DNA of 60,866 nt, filler included, from Sphacelaria rigidula (lineage: Eukaryota), in NCBI GenBank assembly GCA_964200075.2. It is 8 parts of 8 records of this genome, joined end to end, with 100 filler letters (N's around TTAATTAATTAA, not from the genome) between each part and the next. Parts side by side here need not be neighbours in the genome. Positions count along the whole stretch, not along the records: positions 30,486 to 38,006 come from CAXNAA020014531.1; positions 38,107 to 45,626 come from CAXNAA020014532.1; positions 45,727 to 53,246 come from CAXNAA020014533.1; 5 more parts are not named here. One strand, given 5' to 3'. The position numbers and the translations under genes are program-made. Each line of letters opens with the position of its first letter. Within the stretch, counting starts at the first letter, position 1. Below the pieces are notes generated by a model that made no database searches, was not told the DNA's origin, and saw nothing but the letters and a program-made list of their open reading frames with translations. Below, piece by piece: positions 35,258-48,430 of the stretch.

Positions 35258-36525
35258 GACCTCAATATTCTGCTCATATTTGAGTACGTTGAGTACGGCC
35301 TGACATACTCTACTGAAATTTTGAGTACGTTGAGTACGGCCTCCAATACCCTACTGAAATTTTGAGTACAGTAGTCAGCGTCAGAAGTATGCAGAACTCG
35401 TAACTTCCTAGTGTCTCAAAGATTTTCCAAATTTGTTTCGCTTGCCACCGCTCATCACAGTGACTGTTGGATGCAAAAAAAAATGGGCATCTGGAGATGT
35501 TTTTATCCTCTTGACAAATATTGAAGGAAAAAATATCGGCGATCAATATTGGATGACGTACGGGCTTGACCGATCTTAGGGGGTCCTGCGAAAGTGCAAC
35601 CCTAGTTTCTAGTTGTCTGGTATCTTCAGTGAACCGACTCGATCCCGATCAAAAAAGTGAAGACTCAAAAAGGATGATTTTTTTTTAATTCCCACCTATT
35701 CACTGCGCTGGAGCCAAAAAACTATTTTTCTTTGATCATTCACGGTCAATAACACCCTCGTGATAAACGGGGTCTTTACTCCGTATCGCCTCCACAACAC
35801 CAACTTGGGCATTGTGATTTGAGCACGGTCTGCTAATCTTGTCGAAACTATCGACGCTAGCACTTTCGAGTGCTCATGGAAATGTTATGCGAAAAAAAAC
35901 GGAAAGAGACCATCCGTAGAAAATGCTTGACTGAGGTTTGTGCAGTATAGGAGGGGAACACGGTGTCGATCGTTATCGTGAAGAATTGTATGCGTATTCG
36001 TTTACCTGAATATTTACCGTTTTTTTGCCGAAGAGCCAGAAAACTGTTTTTAATGGGCCAAAAACGGTCAATAACACCCTCCTGATAAACGGCGTACCTG
36101 GTCTGTATCGCGCCAAAAACACCAACTTGGGCACTGCAGTTTGAGCGCGGCCTACGCTTTCTCCCTCAATCTACCTACGCTAGCACTTTCATAGTAGTAA
36201 TGAAGAATAATCCTCGAGAAAAACTCAAGAACTACAACAACTACGAAGAATGAAAACTTCTGATGCTGAGTACGTTAGATCGAGTACGACCTCACATACT
36301 CTACTCAAATATTGAGTAAGCACTCTCAGATATACTTGAATATTGAGTATCACTTGAGTATGACCTCGTTCTCTACTCAAATTTCGAGTAGATTAAGTAT
36401 GATCTCAAATACACTAATCGAATAATTGAGTGGGTTGAGTACGACCTCAATAATCTACTCGAACTTTGAGTGCTAAAAGTGTGACTCTTCAAAAATATTG
36501 AGTATTGAGTATACTCTACTCGACC
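35258..36525. repeat. Degenerate GAGTA/TACTC-rich short-period repeat array, split by the mariner-like element
   Basis: Repeated ttgagtacgacctc..tactctactcaaat units at 35258-35368 and 36276-36525. Confidence 0.7.
35369..36275. mobile_element. ~900-bp non-autonomous Tc1/mariner-like element
   Basis: TA-CAGTAGTCAGCGTCAGAAGT ... ACTTCTGATGCTGAGTACGT-TA. A second partial copy at 30486-30942 interrupts the Gypsy element. Confidence 0.7.
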
Positions 36526-36662
36526 TATCCTTGGTATATTTCACCACATCCTGATCGGCAGTCAGCCGTGTTCACTGGTCGACTATCACAGTCGTATCCA
36601 CTGATCGACTATCGCAGTCGAGTCTGCACCCCATCCTCTCACGGGGGTCACGAAGCTACAAC

Positions 36663-37140
36663 AGGGGTGTCATTATATAATACGGTGCTTATCTTGATAT
36701 GCCTGGTGTGCTTGTACGTACGGCTGTCCCTCGAGAGACCGAAGAGGAAAACCTTGCGATTCTTAGTTCTTTGGTTGGTGGTCTTTGGGCTTCGAGTTTC
36801 GCCCGTAGTCGGACCCTATGTTCACTTTTTTTTGGGCTTGCGCGCCACCCCCTGAAGTCTGGATAGCCACCCTGCGGCACAGGATCTTTTGAGGTTAGCC
36901 GTACGTGTTTAATCTATTTCTTCTTTATTACCTCTATATGTTTCTGTTTTGCTTGTATCGCGTCGGTGAGTTTTTGTCTGGGTCTATTTTTGTTTTTGTG
37001 GTTTTGTTGGATTTCCTCACACCTTATTATAAGTAGCTAGCCTGTGACCACGGAAGGCGTCCGCATCAGATACCCACTACGAATGTACCCCGCAGATATC
37101 GGAACGGGTTTTAATGTGAAGACAACAGCAACAACAATCC
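36663..37140 (+). mobile_element. RTE-like 3'-UTR-derived element ending in an (AAC)n tail
   Basis: Similar to 28710-28900. A second copy lies at 38419-38925 (-) with a (GTT)n tail, and a short copy at 16065-16165. Confidence 0.75.
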
Positions 37141-38006
37141 GGAACAACACTGACTGTAATGTCTCCGAGTGTTCGGCTCACCACACTCGGTGTTTTATTC
37201 GTGTGAAGACCTTGAACAGCGGCGCAAGAAGGGTGCACGGCAATCACGGTATACGTCGGGTACACATACCAAACACACCACGGTATACGTCGGGCTACGA
37301 GGTATAAATTCAAGAAAGAGGGCAGTGGCGAGAGAAAGACACCAAAAATAGGAGCTGGTGAGTTGTGGTCGCGGCGGCAGCGGTGGACATCATCAGTGTT
37401 ATTCCTTTTCAGTGATATGGGGGGGGGGGTATTTTTGGAGATTAGGCGCCCCAACACAGTACACCAGGCGTCACTGAAAGCTGGCGTATGTGCGGACTGA
37501 AGCCGCAGGGAGGTGTTGACGCAGCAGCTTCGGCGAACCAAGGCATTTTGTGCGCTGAGTGGCTTGAAAGGATGATTATACACGACTCTGCCTACGATGA
37601 TTTCGGAAACAAGAACACTTTCCAATGACAATTCCAGATGGTGACGACATGAAGTCCGCGCGGAGGCAGGAGTAGATCTTGCCATCGCACTCAGTTTGAC
37701 CTCAGGCGGGGCGAACGCTTTCCCAAGCAGCCCTGAAATCATACTATCGTGTTTATCTGATACCATTATCATTTTCGGACCCGTGGTCAAAGACGTCACA
37801 CGACTATCTCTTGCATGAGGTAGAAGCGCTCATTGAGCAGCTTCGTCTGAGATTTCAAAAACAAAGCGAAATAACGATGAATCAAGAAGAGATAGGCGCC
37901 AAGGGAACAAAACATACCCCCCCCCCCCCCCCCCCCCCGCAGGGGAGGGGGGTGAAAAAACCAAAAAAAAATAAAAACAACGGGAGAGGAAAAGAGAGAA
38001 GAGAGT

Positions 38007-38106
38007 NNNNNNNNNNNNNNNNNNNNNNNNNNNNNNNNNNNNNNNNNNNNTTAATTAATTAANNNNNNNNNNNNNNNNNNNNNNNNNNNNNNNNNNNNNN
38101 NNNNNN
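38007..38106. other. Artificial scaffold linker
   Basis: Same 100-nt linker. Confidence 0.98.
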
Positions 38107-38418
38107 CTCTCGATGAAAAACATAAGGGCAAGCACCGCAGAAGGAAGGTGGGGTATTAAAAACAAATAAAAAGGAAAAAGCTCCTGTGTTGGCCTTCCTC
38201 CTGTGTGACCCCGGCTGATGCGGGCATATACCGAAAGGTGTAGACTAGCGCCGAGAATAAATCGGACGACAACACACACACAAAATACTTTTTTTCGTGA
38301 GAGTGATTTTGCGGGAGGTGAGAATGTGGCATCAAATCACAACCAATCGGAATCATGAAAAGAGAATAAAAATCCCCAACCGCCAAAATCACCATCACTA
38401 TCACGTCGCGCTCCCACA

Positions 38419-38925
38419 TGTTGCTGTTGTTGTTGTTGTTGTTGTTGTTGCTGTGGTTGTTGTTGTCTTCACATTAAAAACCGTTCCGATNNNNNNNNNN
38501 GTTCCGATATCTGCGCGGTACGTTCGCACTGGGCATCTGATGCGGACGCCTTCCGTGGTCACAGGCTAGCACAGAACCAAATAAACAAAATATACCCAGA
38601 TTAAAACTCACAAAACGCGATACAATCAGAAAGAGGGATAAATAATGAAGAAGAAAGAAAATACATATGGCTAACCTCAGAAAATCCGGTGCCGCAGGTG
38701 GCCATTCGAACTTCAGGGGGTGGTACCCGGCTTTCCAACTCGACGCGCGACGCCAAGTTGAAATAACACAGGATCCGACTACGGGCGAGACTCGAGGCCC
38801 CAAATACCGCCAATCATAGAACTAAGAATCGCAACGTTCCTGCTTTCGGCTTCTCGAGGGACAACCATACGTACAAGCATACCAGGTGTATCAAGACAAG
38901 CACTGCATGACATAACGACACCCCT
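38419..38925 (-). mobile_element. Second copy of the RTE-like 3'-UTR element
   Basis: Reverse complement of 36663-37140, with a (GTT)n tail at 38419-38465. Confidence 0.75.
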
Positions 38926-39014
38926 CATCGGGGGGGTCCATCCCCTCGACCCCCCCTCTCTGGATCGTCGCCATTGCTGTTACATTTTTGGACTCGATAA
39001 CACGGGCCCTTAGA

Positions 39015-39847
39015 CTACTTTGTATGGCAGGCAATCCCGAATCTGGCGGGACCCGAATCTGTGCCAAATTGGGCGGACCCAGATTCGTGAAACTCAGATT
39101 CGTGTGTACCCCTGTATGGCTCCACAGTTTATTACTTCAAATTGTTCTGTACACGAACGGTCATTTTCTGGGCGGGTGTGGTATCACAGTGAAGCCGAAG
39201 ATCAGGCAGGCAAGGAATCATCCTTCAAAAGTGTCGTCTTACCGTGGTACCTTAGGGTATGATGCAGTGCAGTACGCTCCACAATCACAGTACACGACAA
39301 TGCCGTGTGGTAATACATGATGGTACAGTCGGTATTGCGAGAACAGTGCACAGTGTGCGATAAAAGTTCACGAGTGCAGTGTCATTCATCACCCTGCAAC
39401 AACCGCAACAGTAAAGTGCAGGATAGTACACTTATGATTATACATAAAGCAGCACAGTGCAGCATGAAATTTTGCCTTCACCGCAGGGTACGGCGTCAAC
39501 CCTTCTTATCCGCTTGTAAAACCCCGTGCGGAGCTGCTCCAGCAGCCGGCGCTCACAGGCACTGTCCTTGCTGTCACGAGACTGTCTGCTGCTGTTGTTG
39601 CAAAAATACCAAACGCCTGTTGCCCCATCACTGTACGTCAACATACGTACGTCAGTTGCTACAGATTCGGGGGACCTTGATTTTCCACTGATCTGCGCTC
39701 AGATTCTTGTAAAATCGTTCTCAAATCGTGACAAACGAATCTGAGCTCCCCCGATCTGGGCCAAATTGGGGTCCATACAATGCGTTTCCGGATCTGAGGT
39801 CCCCTAATCCGCGTACAGATCCGTTTTTCGACTGCCATACAAAGTGG
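39015..39847. mobile_element. Non-autonomous TIR element
   Basis: C(T/C)ACTTTGTATGGCAG at both ends, with subterminal cagattcg/gaatctg repeats. The internal part and right end recur at ~58130-58745. Confidence 0.75.
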
Positions 39848-41001
39848 TGTTACCTCTGCATTGAAATTCAATAAAACGGGCTGAATTAAATAACCAGGCA
39901 GAGCGCGATATTTTCGAGGAGCACGCGCGCTAGCGTCTCCGGGTTGCCGACACCGTGCTAGCGCGCTTGTGCACTACAGCGTTGTACTCTTCTGTGGCAG
40001 CCCGTCGCGGTATTGCTCCTCATGTTTCATGACGCTTTATTCGAAAGCACGCAGAAGAAATGCCAGCGAGTTCATCGTTGTTGCACTTGGAGGTGTGGTG
40101 TACCAGGTTTTCGATCTAGTACTGCCGCATGCTCCGTGCTGTACGAACTAGTATACCGTACCAGTTCAAGAACGGATGTGTATGAAGTAAACGCCACCGA
40201 CATGCTCTGGTTATCATGAGCTGTAGTGTGTACGAGACGCGAGGACCTTAGTTTTTGGCAAGGAATGCAAGGACGCAATCATACTGCAGTACAGGTAGTT
40301 TTTCATGCTACACGTGATTTGAACGAGACACAAAACAAAGCAATTACATGATGGTACCTGGGCGTTTTGGTACTGAAACGAGTCCACCAGTCCCTCCACT
40401 ACCTACCGTAAGGAGATAAATACCACGTCTAAATGCAAAATAAGTTACGAGCACACCTTCATTTCAGAGTAAAAGGGCCCAGCCGAGACCACTCCGGGTT
40501 CACCGCCGAAATCCGAGACGGCAACGTCCCAAACACCGAAATAAATTGAAATTGGAAGCGCCCTGGACACAGGGCAATCTGTGAAAAATGAACGACTGAC
40601 AAAAAAAGCTGTTTTTATTTGAATTATCACTAGAGATCCCCACCGCCATATTCCAAAGCACAACTCTAAAAAATGAGACCCGATGTCCATAATTGTTTTT
40701 TTTAGCGCCTCTGCTCGTCATGCATTGATTTTAGTAAAGGACTTTCCGTGCGCCATACCTCAAAGTAGATGGCGAACTGGGTGCAGGAGACGGTATCTAT
40801 CGTCTCCACGTGCTCCAGGGTTTGTCCGCACGAAAATTCATCATCCGCTGTATATATCGTTCGGGGTTTTATACAGACTTTACTGTAGACACTATCTCCG
40901 TACGTCGTGAGAGTCACTAGACATGGGGTGTCATCAACGAGAAAATAAATTGCCCAGGCATCTGAACAGATGGGCACCTTCCCCTTGAGTAGATTAGCAC
41001 A

Positions 41002-41830
41002 GGCACCATAGGTAAGGTAGGTACCCGTTACCGGTATTTGGGGCATGTCATACCCCACCGATACCGACTCAATCGGGTCTTTTCAAATGCCATACCTACG
41101 ATACCTACGATCCCACGGTATTTCGAGACGTCAATACCTACCGTACCCGCTCGATCGAGTATTTTCAAAACTCATATCTACGATACCGATGATACCACGG
41201 TATTTCGAGATTGCGATACTTACCGTACCCGATCAATCAGGTATTTTCAAACTCATACCTACGATACCTACGATACACGGTATTTAACAGCCGATCAATT
41301 AAATTAAGGATGGAGCTTTTCATTGAGGATGAGAACCCGGATGATTAAAATTTTCGTATCCACACCAGATCTTCAATATATGGTTCCATTCCTCCACCTA
41401 CTGGTAGCTATTAACCAGTCCTACACGTCGTACAAACTTGGAGTTCGACGACCGAAATGCTGGGGTCCTAGGTAAACAACTGTTTGAGGCAATTTCGGCG
41501 ATCCGATCGGATCACATGAATTCCCCACAATTGTTTCATGTAGGACCCCAACATTCCGGTTATCGAAATCCGAATTTGTAGGGCGTGTAGCAGTTGTCAA
41601 TAGCTACCAGCAGGTGAAGGAATGAAACCATATTTCGAATTTTTGGTGTGGATCGAAGATTTCGATTCTCCGGGTTTTCATCCTCAATGAAAAGCTCCAC
41701 TCTCAATTTCGATGATCGGCTGTTGTTTCGAGATTTCGACACCTACTGTACCCGCTCAATCAGGTACTTTCGAAACTCATACCGAAGATACCCACGTATG
41801 CCACGGTGTGGGATACCCCGGTAAATACCA
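41002..41830 (+). mobile_element. Minisatellite-bearing TIR element (TIR GG(C/A)ACCGTAGGTAAGGTA)
   Basis: Internal ~65-75-bp tacctacgatac...ccacggtatttcga units. Other copies at 42832-43277 (+, right TIR) and 15244-15410 (-). Confidence 0.75.
41286..41724. mobile_element. Fold-back MITE nested in the minisatellite element
   Basis: AACAGCCGATCA...TGATCGGCTGTT with ~200-bp arms, interrupting a cacggtattt|cgaga unit. Confidence 0.85.
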
Positions 41831-42831
41831 AGGATATACCCGATAAAGACCGGACGCGATGCACTCCCCACGGTGCATGCAGCAGCTGGTCCTAACTTAC
41901 GCAAAGGCCAGAAGTTGTCGGAGCAGGTACGTCTTGTTTTCACAGGTAATATATACCCAGATCAGTTTGAATGAGCTTAATATTATGTAGTCGGAAGTAC
42001 GGTCCATTCTGTCTATCCTATAGGTCCGCCATATTTATGTTTCTAGAAGGCTTCAACTCAAAACTATAATTAGCGGCGCGCGGATAAAACTATTCGAGTC
42101 AAAAATATAATCCTGTTCGATCGAAAACATGCGGCCGAAAGGCACGAAGCGACACTTCACTCCTATTTTACAGACCACCACGCCAGATAACACCCGTTCA
42201 CGGAACCATGTGAACTCCATCCAACTCATTCTCAGTTACTATCGCAACCTGCAGCATCGAGTACGTGTTGAGCACAGGGATAGATGCACTGCAGTAGTTG
42301 TGTATTCTTTGTTTATCTTTTGTCAGCGAAAACTCGCGCATCCTCTTTCATGTCAGGATCGGCGACGGAACTGCATGGTACGGTGGGCAACCGAGTCGCG
42401 TACACGCTCATGGATAGTGCAGGCAGCACTAAGCGGCACGTTGTTGTGAAGTCCTTTTCACGTTGCATTGTAAGCAGAGAGAGCTGATGGTCCTGGGCTG
42501 TCTGCGCTGCACGTTGCTTGCTTCTCTTCAAATGTTTACTTGCACGAAACACGTACATGCGCACCCAACACACTGCTTGCAAGCAGTGCAGACAGTACAG
42601 ACTGTCTATACTGTGCACGAGTGACCATGTACCTTTTCACAAATTTCACTGTCTTTTTTCGTTCGCAAGCGTGACAATTTGCTTGGACTCAACTCGATGA
42701 AAATGAGCGATTTTCGTTCAAATCAATTCCACCGCTCCATTTTTTCGATGGAAAAAAAGTGCCAAGACACGTCCTGAAACGAATCTCCGTATTGCCGGAT
42801 GACAGTTTCGAAACCGGTAGAGAGGGTGAGG

Positions 42832-43277
42832 CAGGTACCCGGTATTGGTATTTGGGACATATCACACCGTACCGATACCGACCCAATCGGGTTTTTTCAA
42901 AACTCATACCTACGATACCACGGTATTTCGATATACCAATACCTACCGTACCTGCCCAGTCGGGTATTTTCAATGTCATACCTACAATACGTACGATACC
43001 ACGGTGTTTCGATATACCAATACCTACCGTACCTGCCCAATTGGGTATTCCCAATGTTATACCTACAACACCTACGATACCACGGTGTTTCGAGATACCA
43101 GTACCTACTGTACCCGCTCAGACAGGCATCTCAAATGCCATACCTACGATACCACGGTATTTCGATATTTAAATACCTACCGTTCCCGCCCAATCGGGTG
43201 TTTTTTCAAAACTCATACCTATGATACCCACGCATACCCCGGGGTTACGCTCGGTACGGTACCTTACCTACGGTTCC
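42832..43277 (+). mobile_element. Copy of the minisatellite-bearing TIR element
   Basis: About five tandem units; ends gtaccttacctacggttcc. Confidence 0.75.
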
Positions 43278-43279
43278 CA

Positions 43280-43980
43280 TGTAGACTAGCAATACTCATG
43301 CGCATCACGGCCCAGCTCGTCTGTGTCGACGAGATACTGCTCTGAGAGAGCTTGAACCCTTCTCTAGGCTAGACCAGCCTGTATTGCTACTTATCTCCGT
43401 TCTTTCGATCTACCAAGATAACAGTGTAAACCTTCGAGGATGCAGAGCACCCAATCTTCCACACCTTTGGCACCATATCTCACCCGCTCCCCATGCTACC
43501 TCTTTCGTCTTTATCCTGTGATGGCCTATGCAGGGAACTGCTCCATTATTCAAGGAGGTCACCCTGAGGATCAGATGGGCGGCGGCGGTGAAGCGGTCGC
43601 GGGGTCCGAGGGGGAGCTCTACGCGGGCAGCGACGACGAATCCGCCACGGGAACGGACGCAGAGGGCGACGCGGCGTCTCGCGCCCAGGTCGCCCGCTTC
43701 TCCATAGATTGCGGTGCCCCAGACTCTAACGACTGAGAAACAACGCGCATGCTTGACGGCTGGGTCCAAAGACGCGTCAGCTGCCCGCCGTCTGGATCCG
43801 CTGATGCTGTAGGTAACCCGACTCTAGTGTCGAGAGCATATTATGGCGATGGTGGTTATCCGAGGAGTAGCGGCGGGCCTGTGTTGCGCTGGGTGCTGAA
43901 ACGCCTTGCTCCCGACAGACGCCACAGTGATTATGGCGCTTCGTGCCCATGGGTTGGGAATAACCGTGTCCCTTAACGCG
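43280..43980 (+). mobile_element. Possible 5' end of an LTR retrotransposon (LTR, PBS-like site, decayed gag start)
   Basis: TG(43280)...CA(43463), then TGGCACC at 43468 and a GC-rich acidic ORF from 43521. Confidence 0.35.
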
Positions 43981-44399
43981 AATGGTATGTACTTCGTATT
44001 TATGGTGTGTGCTGCGCGCGCCCGCGCGTGTGTCTTGCATGGGGGGATGGGGAGGGGGGGAGTATGTATATGGGTGACCAATGTAAACATGGTGGCAGGG
44101 TGAAGCTCTACGGCGGGCAGCAACGCCTGCAGTCGGTCGGGGGTGTGCTGTAGGGCGCGTGTACCGATCTATTCTGATTTGTTATACCTGCGCACTTGGA
44201 GTTTCCTGCGGCAACAGAAGTGATGACCGATTCGTTTCGCCTTGTTCTGTGCATCAGCAGTAGGACACCCCGCCCATCACGTTGTACCTTTCGCGCGTTG
44301 GTGGCTGCATCATATGCGCCATGTGCAAGACAAACGGGGGATGAGAGTGAAGGTGACTGTGCATGTGGAATCACAGTGCTTCCGCGATTGTTGACTACG

Positions 44400-45180
44400 T
44401 TTTCTTCCCGGCCATTTGTTTTTTATGCGCCCGCATTATTTTGGGGGGAAGTCCGTTCGTAGGGGCAAGGAGTGCACCTTTGTCTTGTACCTGTTTGGTC
44501 CCGCATGCAACTGCATCAAGTTGGCATGGCATGTATATACGAGACAGCAAAGCCAAGGGAATTTTGTATCGACAGTAACGTGTATATATAGTCCTTCTCG
44601 ACGGCTGTTTGGCGCGTCCGTATCATGTTGTGGGAGAGGTTTTCTCGCAGGTGGGGGCGAGGAGTGCCCCTATGCTTGTACCTGTTTGGTCCCGCCTGCA
44701 ACCGCATCAGGTTGGCATGGCATGTGTACATCTGTATATATATAGCGCGCCGGTATATGTGTACATAGAGTAAATCGAAAGGAACTCAATATGTAGTGTA
44801 CTGTATGCTTCGACGGCTATTGGCGCGTCCGTATCATTTGTGGGGGAGGTTTGCCCGCTAGGAGCGAGGAGTGCACACACATGCGTTGTACCTGTTTGGT
44901 CCCGCATGCAACTGCATCGGGTTGGCATGACATGTACACGTCTGTACATATATATAGCGCGCCGGTATATCTGTACATACAGTATATCGAAGGGAATACT
45001 GTTGGACAAAAACGAGTGTCCCTCTCGACGGCTATTGGTATGTCCGTATCATTTCTGGGAGGAGGTTTATTGCTTGAGCTGAGAGCGAGAGGTGCACATA
45101 TGCGTTGTACCTGTTTCGTCTCGCATGCAAGCCGCATCAGGTTGGTACGAGGCATATATGTGTATAGAGGGGGCCCGTGT
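44400..45180. repeat. Tandem array of four ~190-220-bp units
   Basis: tgtacctgtttggtcccgcatgcaactgcatcaggttggcatg recurs at ~44487, 44677, 44887 and 45106. Confidence 0.85.
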
Positions 45181-45626
45181 ATGCGTGTACTGATGGTGAA
45201 TCGAAGGCAACTCTGTGTTGACAACATGTGTAGCATAATCAAGAATTGCTGTGGACAAAGTCTTTTGCGACTGCCACGCAAGTAGGACTTTCGGTAACTG
45301 GCCAGAGGACTGCTGCCCCAACTGTTGCTGAATTCCATCGACAGCGATTTCGAGTACACATAGACTTGGAAAAGGCGTAATGCAGACGATTCCTCCGGAG
45401 GCTTTTACTGTCAAACCCTTCATGTTGGGTTCGAATCTCAAAATACTACAGTGGCCCTATTGATCCCCTAGTGCCTCCACGAACAATGACCTTAACACCC
45501 CCCTCCGGAGGATGCTGGAAGTCGCGATGCCACAGAATAAAGCAACTCATTGCTGGCTGTCATCCGAATGCAAGATGGTCATTAGGCTTCGGGCCGAGCA
45601 ATCTTAGCAGGATGCAGCTCACTCTT

Positions 45627-45726
45627 NNNNNNNNNNNNNNNNNNNNNNNNNNNNNNNNNNNNNNNNNNNNTTAATTAATTAANNNNNNNNNNNNNNNNNN
45701 NNNNNNNNNNNNNNNNNNNNNNNNNN
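45627..45726. other. Artificial scaffold linker
   Basis: Same 100-nt linker. Confidence 0.98.
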
Positions 45727-45799
45727 CACACTTCTAAGCCTCGTTTTTCGTGCAACCAAATACCCCCCCCCCTATCGTAGGACGACTCCAATCAAGGAG

Positions 45800-48430
45800 G
45801 CGGCGTGGACGTTTGAGCGTGAGCAAGCTTGGACAGCGGCGCAAGATTTGGTGGCACATGATGTTGCTCTGTCACATCCCAAAGAGGGCTATGAGGTGAT
45901 GATGTTTCCAGATGCGTCGGATCTTCACTGTTGTAGTTTCGTGACCCAGGCACCGGGAGCTGAATTGGACCGCGATATAGCGGTGGACGACATGAGTCAT
46001 GAGCCCCTGGGATTTTTATTGGGACGTTTTGAGGAGCGCAGTTGCGGTGGGCTACGGTGGACAAGGAAGGATATGCCATCGTGAGTACGTTCCGTAGGTT
46101 GGAGTACCTTGTGCGGGGAGGAGTGACCATATTTCGATCCCGAAGCATGTGTGACCACACTGGCAAAAACTGCCGCCCAGCACCTTGAACAATGGAAGAC
46201 TGTGCTCGGGCAGTATGAATTCAATCAGGCATGTTTCTGGTGAGCGTGACTGCTGGGGAGATCTATTGTCCCGGTGGGTGAATGTTCCAGCGGTATCCGT
46301 GAGAGCCATCGCTGTTTTTGCAAGTGGAGAGCCTGATGAGACGCTACCGTCGAAAGAGGCCGTTCGTGAAGCCCAAGAGCAAGCCCGTGGGGGGTTAGGA
46401 GGTATGGTTGATGGGGCCGAGACGTTTACTGCCGCTGTTGAGCGTGTCTTCAAAGACGGTGAGGGTTTGTTTCGCGTGCATGTTGCAGGGAGGGATGTAC
46501 TGTGGATCCCACCGACAGCGAAAGAATTACAAACACGCTTGATGGTATGCGCTCACATGAAAGGGGCTGGTCACCGAGAGGTTGTGGCAACTTTACAGCG
46601 CTTACAAGAGTATTGTTGTTGGTTCCGGATGGGGACTCGTGTGACTGAGTTTGTGAAGCAATACCTGCATTGTTTGGATTCCAAGGCGGGGGAGAAGGTC
46701 CCGCGTCCCTTCCGGGAGACGGTGCATGGTACCCGTCCAGGGGAGGTGCTGCATTTTGATTTTCTCTATTTTTGCGAGAGTGGCCCCCTGGGAAATAGTG
46801 ACTTGGACGAAGGAGACAGGCTCAAGTATATACTAATCATGATGGACGATTTGAGCAACTTTGTGTGGTTGGAGCCCGCGGAGTCTTGTACGGCGACGAC
46901 GACGGTGAAGCATCTGCTGACATGGTGCAAGACGCTGGGGTCGCCAGAGGTATGAGTCAGCGATACGGCATCGCATTTCAAGAATCGTGTGATGAGAGCG
47001 CTTGAGAAAGCGCTGAAGCTGGATCGCCGATTCGCGGTTGCTAACTCACCATGGTCTAGTGGTACCTGTGAGGGAATTATGCGTGAGATTGTTCGTACCT
47101 TGAAGGTAATGTTGCAAGAGGAAAGGCGCGATGTTCGTGAATGGGTGAGTTCGGTACCTGCAGTGCAGTGGGCATTGAACAATGCTTTCCGAGAGCGTTG
47201 AACAATGCTTTCCGAGAGCGTTGAACAATGCTTTCCGAGAGCGTTATGCTAGCAAGCCATACCATGTTATGTTTAGCCAGGTAACGCGCACCAGTTTCTC
47301 TACTCTGGCATCGTCAATTGGGGCCGAATAGAGCGTTTATGTGCTTGACGGAGACGCTTTGAGGCGACAGGTGACGTCAATCGTTGAGGCTCAGCAAGAG
47401 TCGCAGAAGAAGGTGGCGCAGCGTGTCGACTAGAATCGCGATTTATAGAGACGTGTGGCTAGTAAGGGGAAGCTTCCTAACTCTGTGGTGGGCGATTACG
47501 TGCTGGCGGCGAGGATAAGGCGTTCGGGAACTATGCTGAAGCTTGTGAGCACGTGGACGGGACCTTGGCGGATTGTGACGGCGGAACAACAACATGTGTA
47601 CAGGGTACAGAACATTGTGAATGGCGAGGTACAGAATGTGCATGTCGCTCGCCTTCGATTTTATGCGGACAAGGAGCTGAAGGTTACGGCTGATGTTAAG
47701 GAGATGTTCTAGTATGTTTTTGCACAAGGCGAGTTCGAGATGGCGGCTATTGTCGGTTTATCTGAAGACGAAGCAGGAGATGAATTTTTTATGTACACGT
47801 GGAGTGGGTCGGATTTGGCCAAGATGAAATCTCGTGGGAGCCTCTGGAAAATATTTTGGACGGAGCCCAGCAATTTGTAAAATTTGAGCTGCGTAAGTTG
47901 GGACTAAGTAAAAAGGTGCGAGCACGTTTGCAGGCAAAGTATGGTATGAAGCTTTAAAAATATGATGATTTCGAGTGCTACTAGTTGAGATGGTACTATG
48001 CTTGGCACATTTGCTTTGTGTGAAAATGCTATGCGTGGAAATTACCGTTGAAGAATTATTGACTTCCCTGAGTTCGCTTGAGACATTGTCTTTGAGTGTC
48101 GATGTTCAGGGTTGTGCACGTTATCATTTTTTGTGGAACATGGCAGTACAAGGTCGTGTGTCACTACCGGGGGGACAAAGGTAGCATACATGATAGTCGG
48201 TGTCTACTGTTTTATCGAACTCGCGTTCTACTTCGAGTAGTGCGGAGTTTTGGGGGGTGCTGTAGAGTAGTCCACCTCCAGTACACGCACGTGCAGGTTC
48301 ATGATGATATTCAAGTGGAACAATCTGCTGTAGGCGTTTTCTATTGGTTGACGGACTGGCGGGTCTGATCGGCAGGCTATGTGGATTCAAACATCACATG
48401 CTTCACGCATGTGATTGCGTCCGATAACAA
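45800..48430 (+). mobile_element. Decayed Ty3/Gypsy (chromovirus-like) 3' half: RNase H, integrase, chromodomain, probable PPT and LTR
   Basis: MFPDASD, CAHMKGAGHR, HFDFL, WTGPW and chromodomain-like VEWVGF...SWEPLENI. A G-rich tract precedes TGTAG at 48261. Same lineage as the element at 30943-35257. Confidence 0.9.

Noticed and set aside
36663-38925. Large inverted repeat formed by the two RTE 3'-UTR copies
   Set aside because: The copies are on different scaffolds separated by an artificial linker.
44400-45180. CRISPR-like repeat-spacer array
   Set aside because: The apparent spacers are homologous to each other, so this is a ~200-bp tandem repeat. There are no cas genes and the context is eukaryotic.
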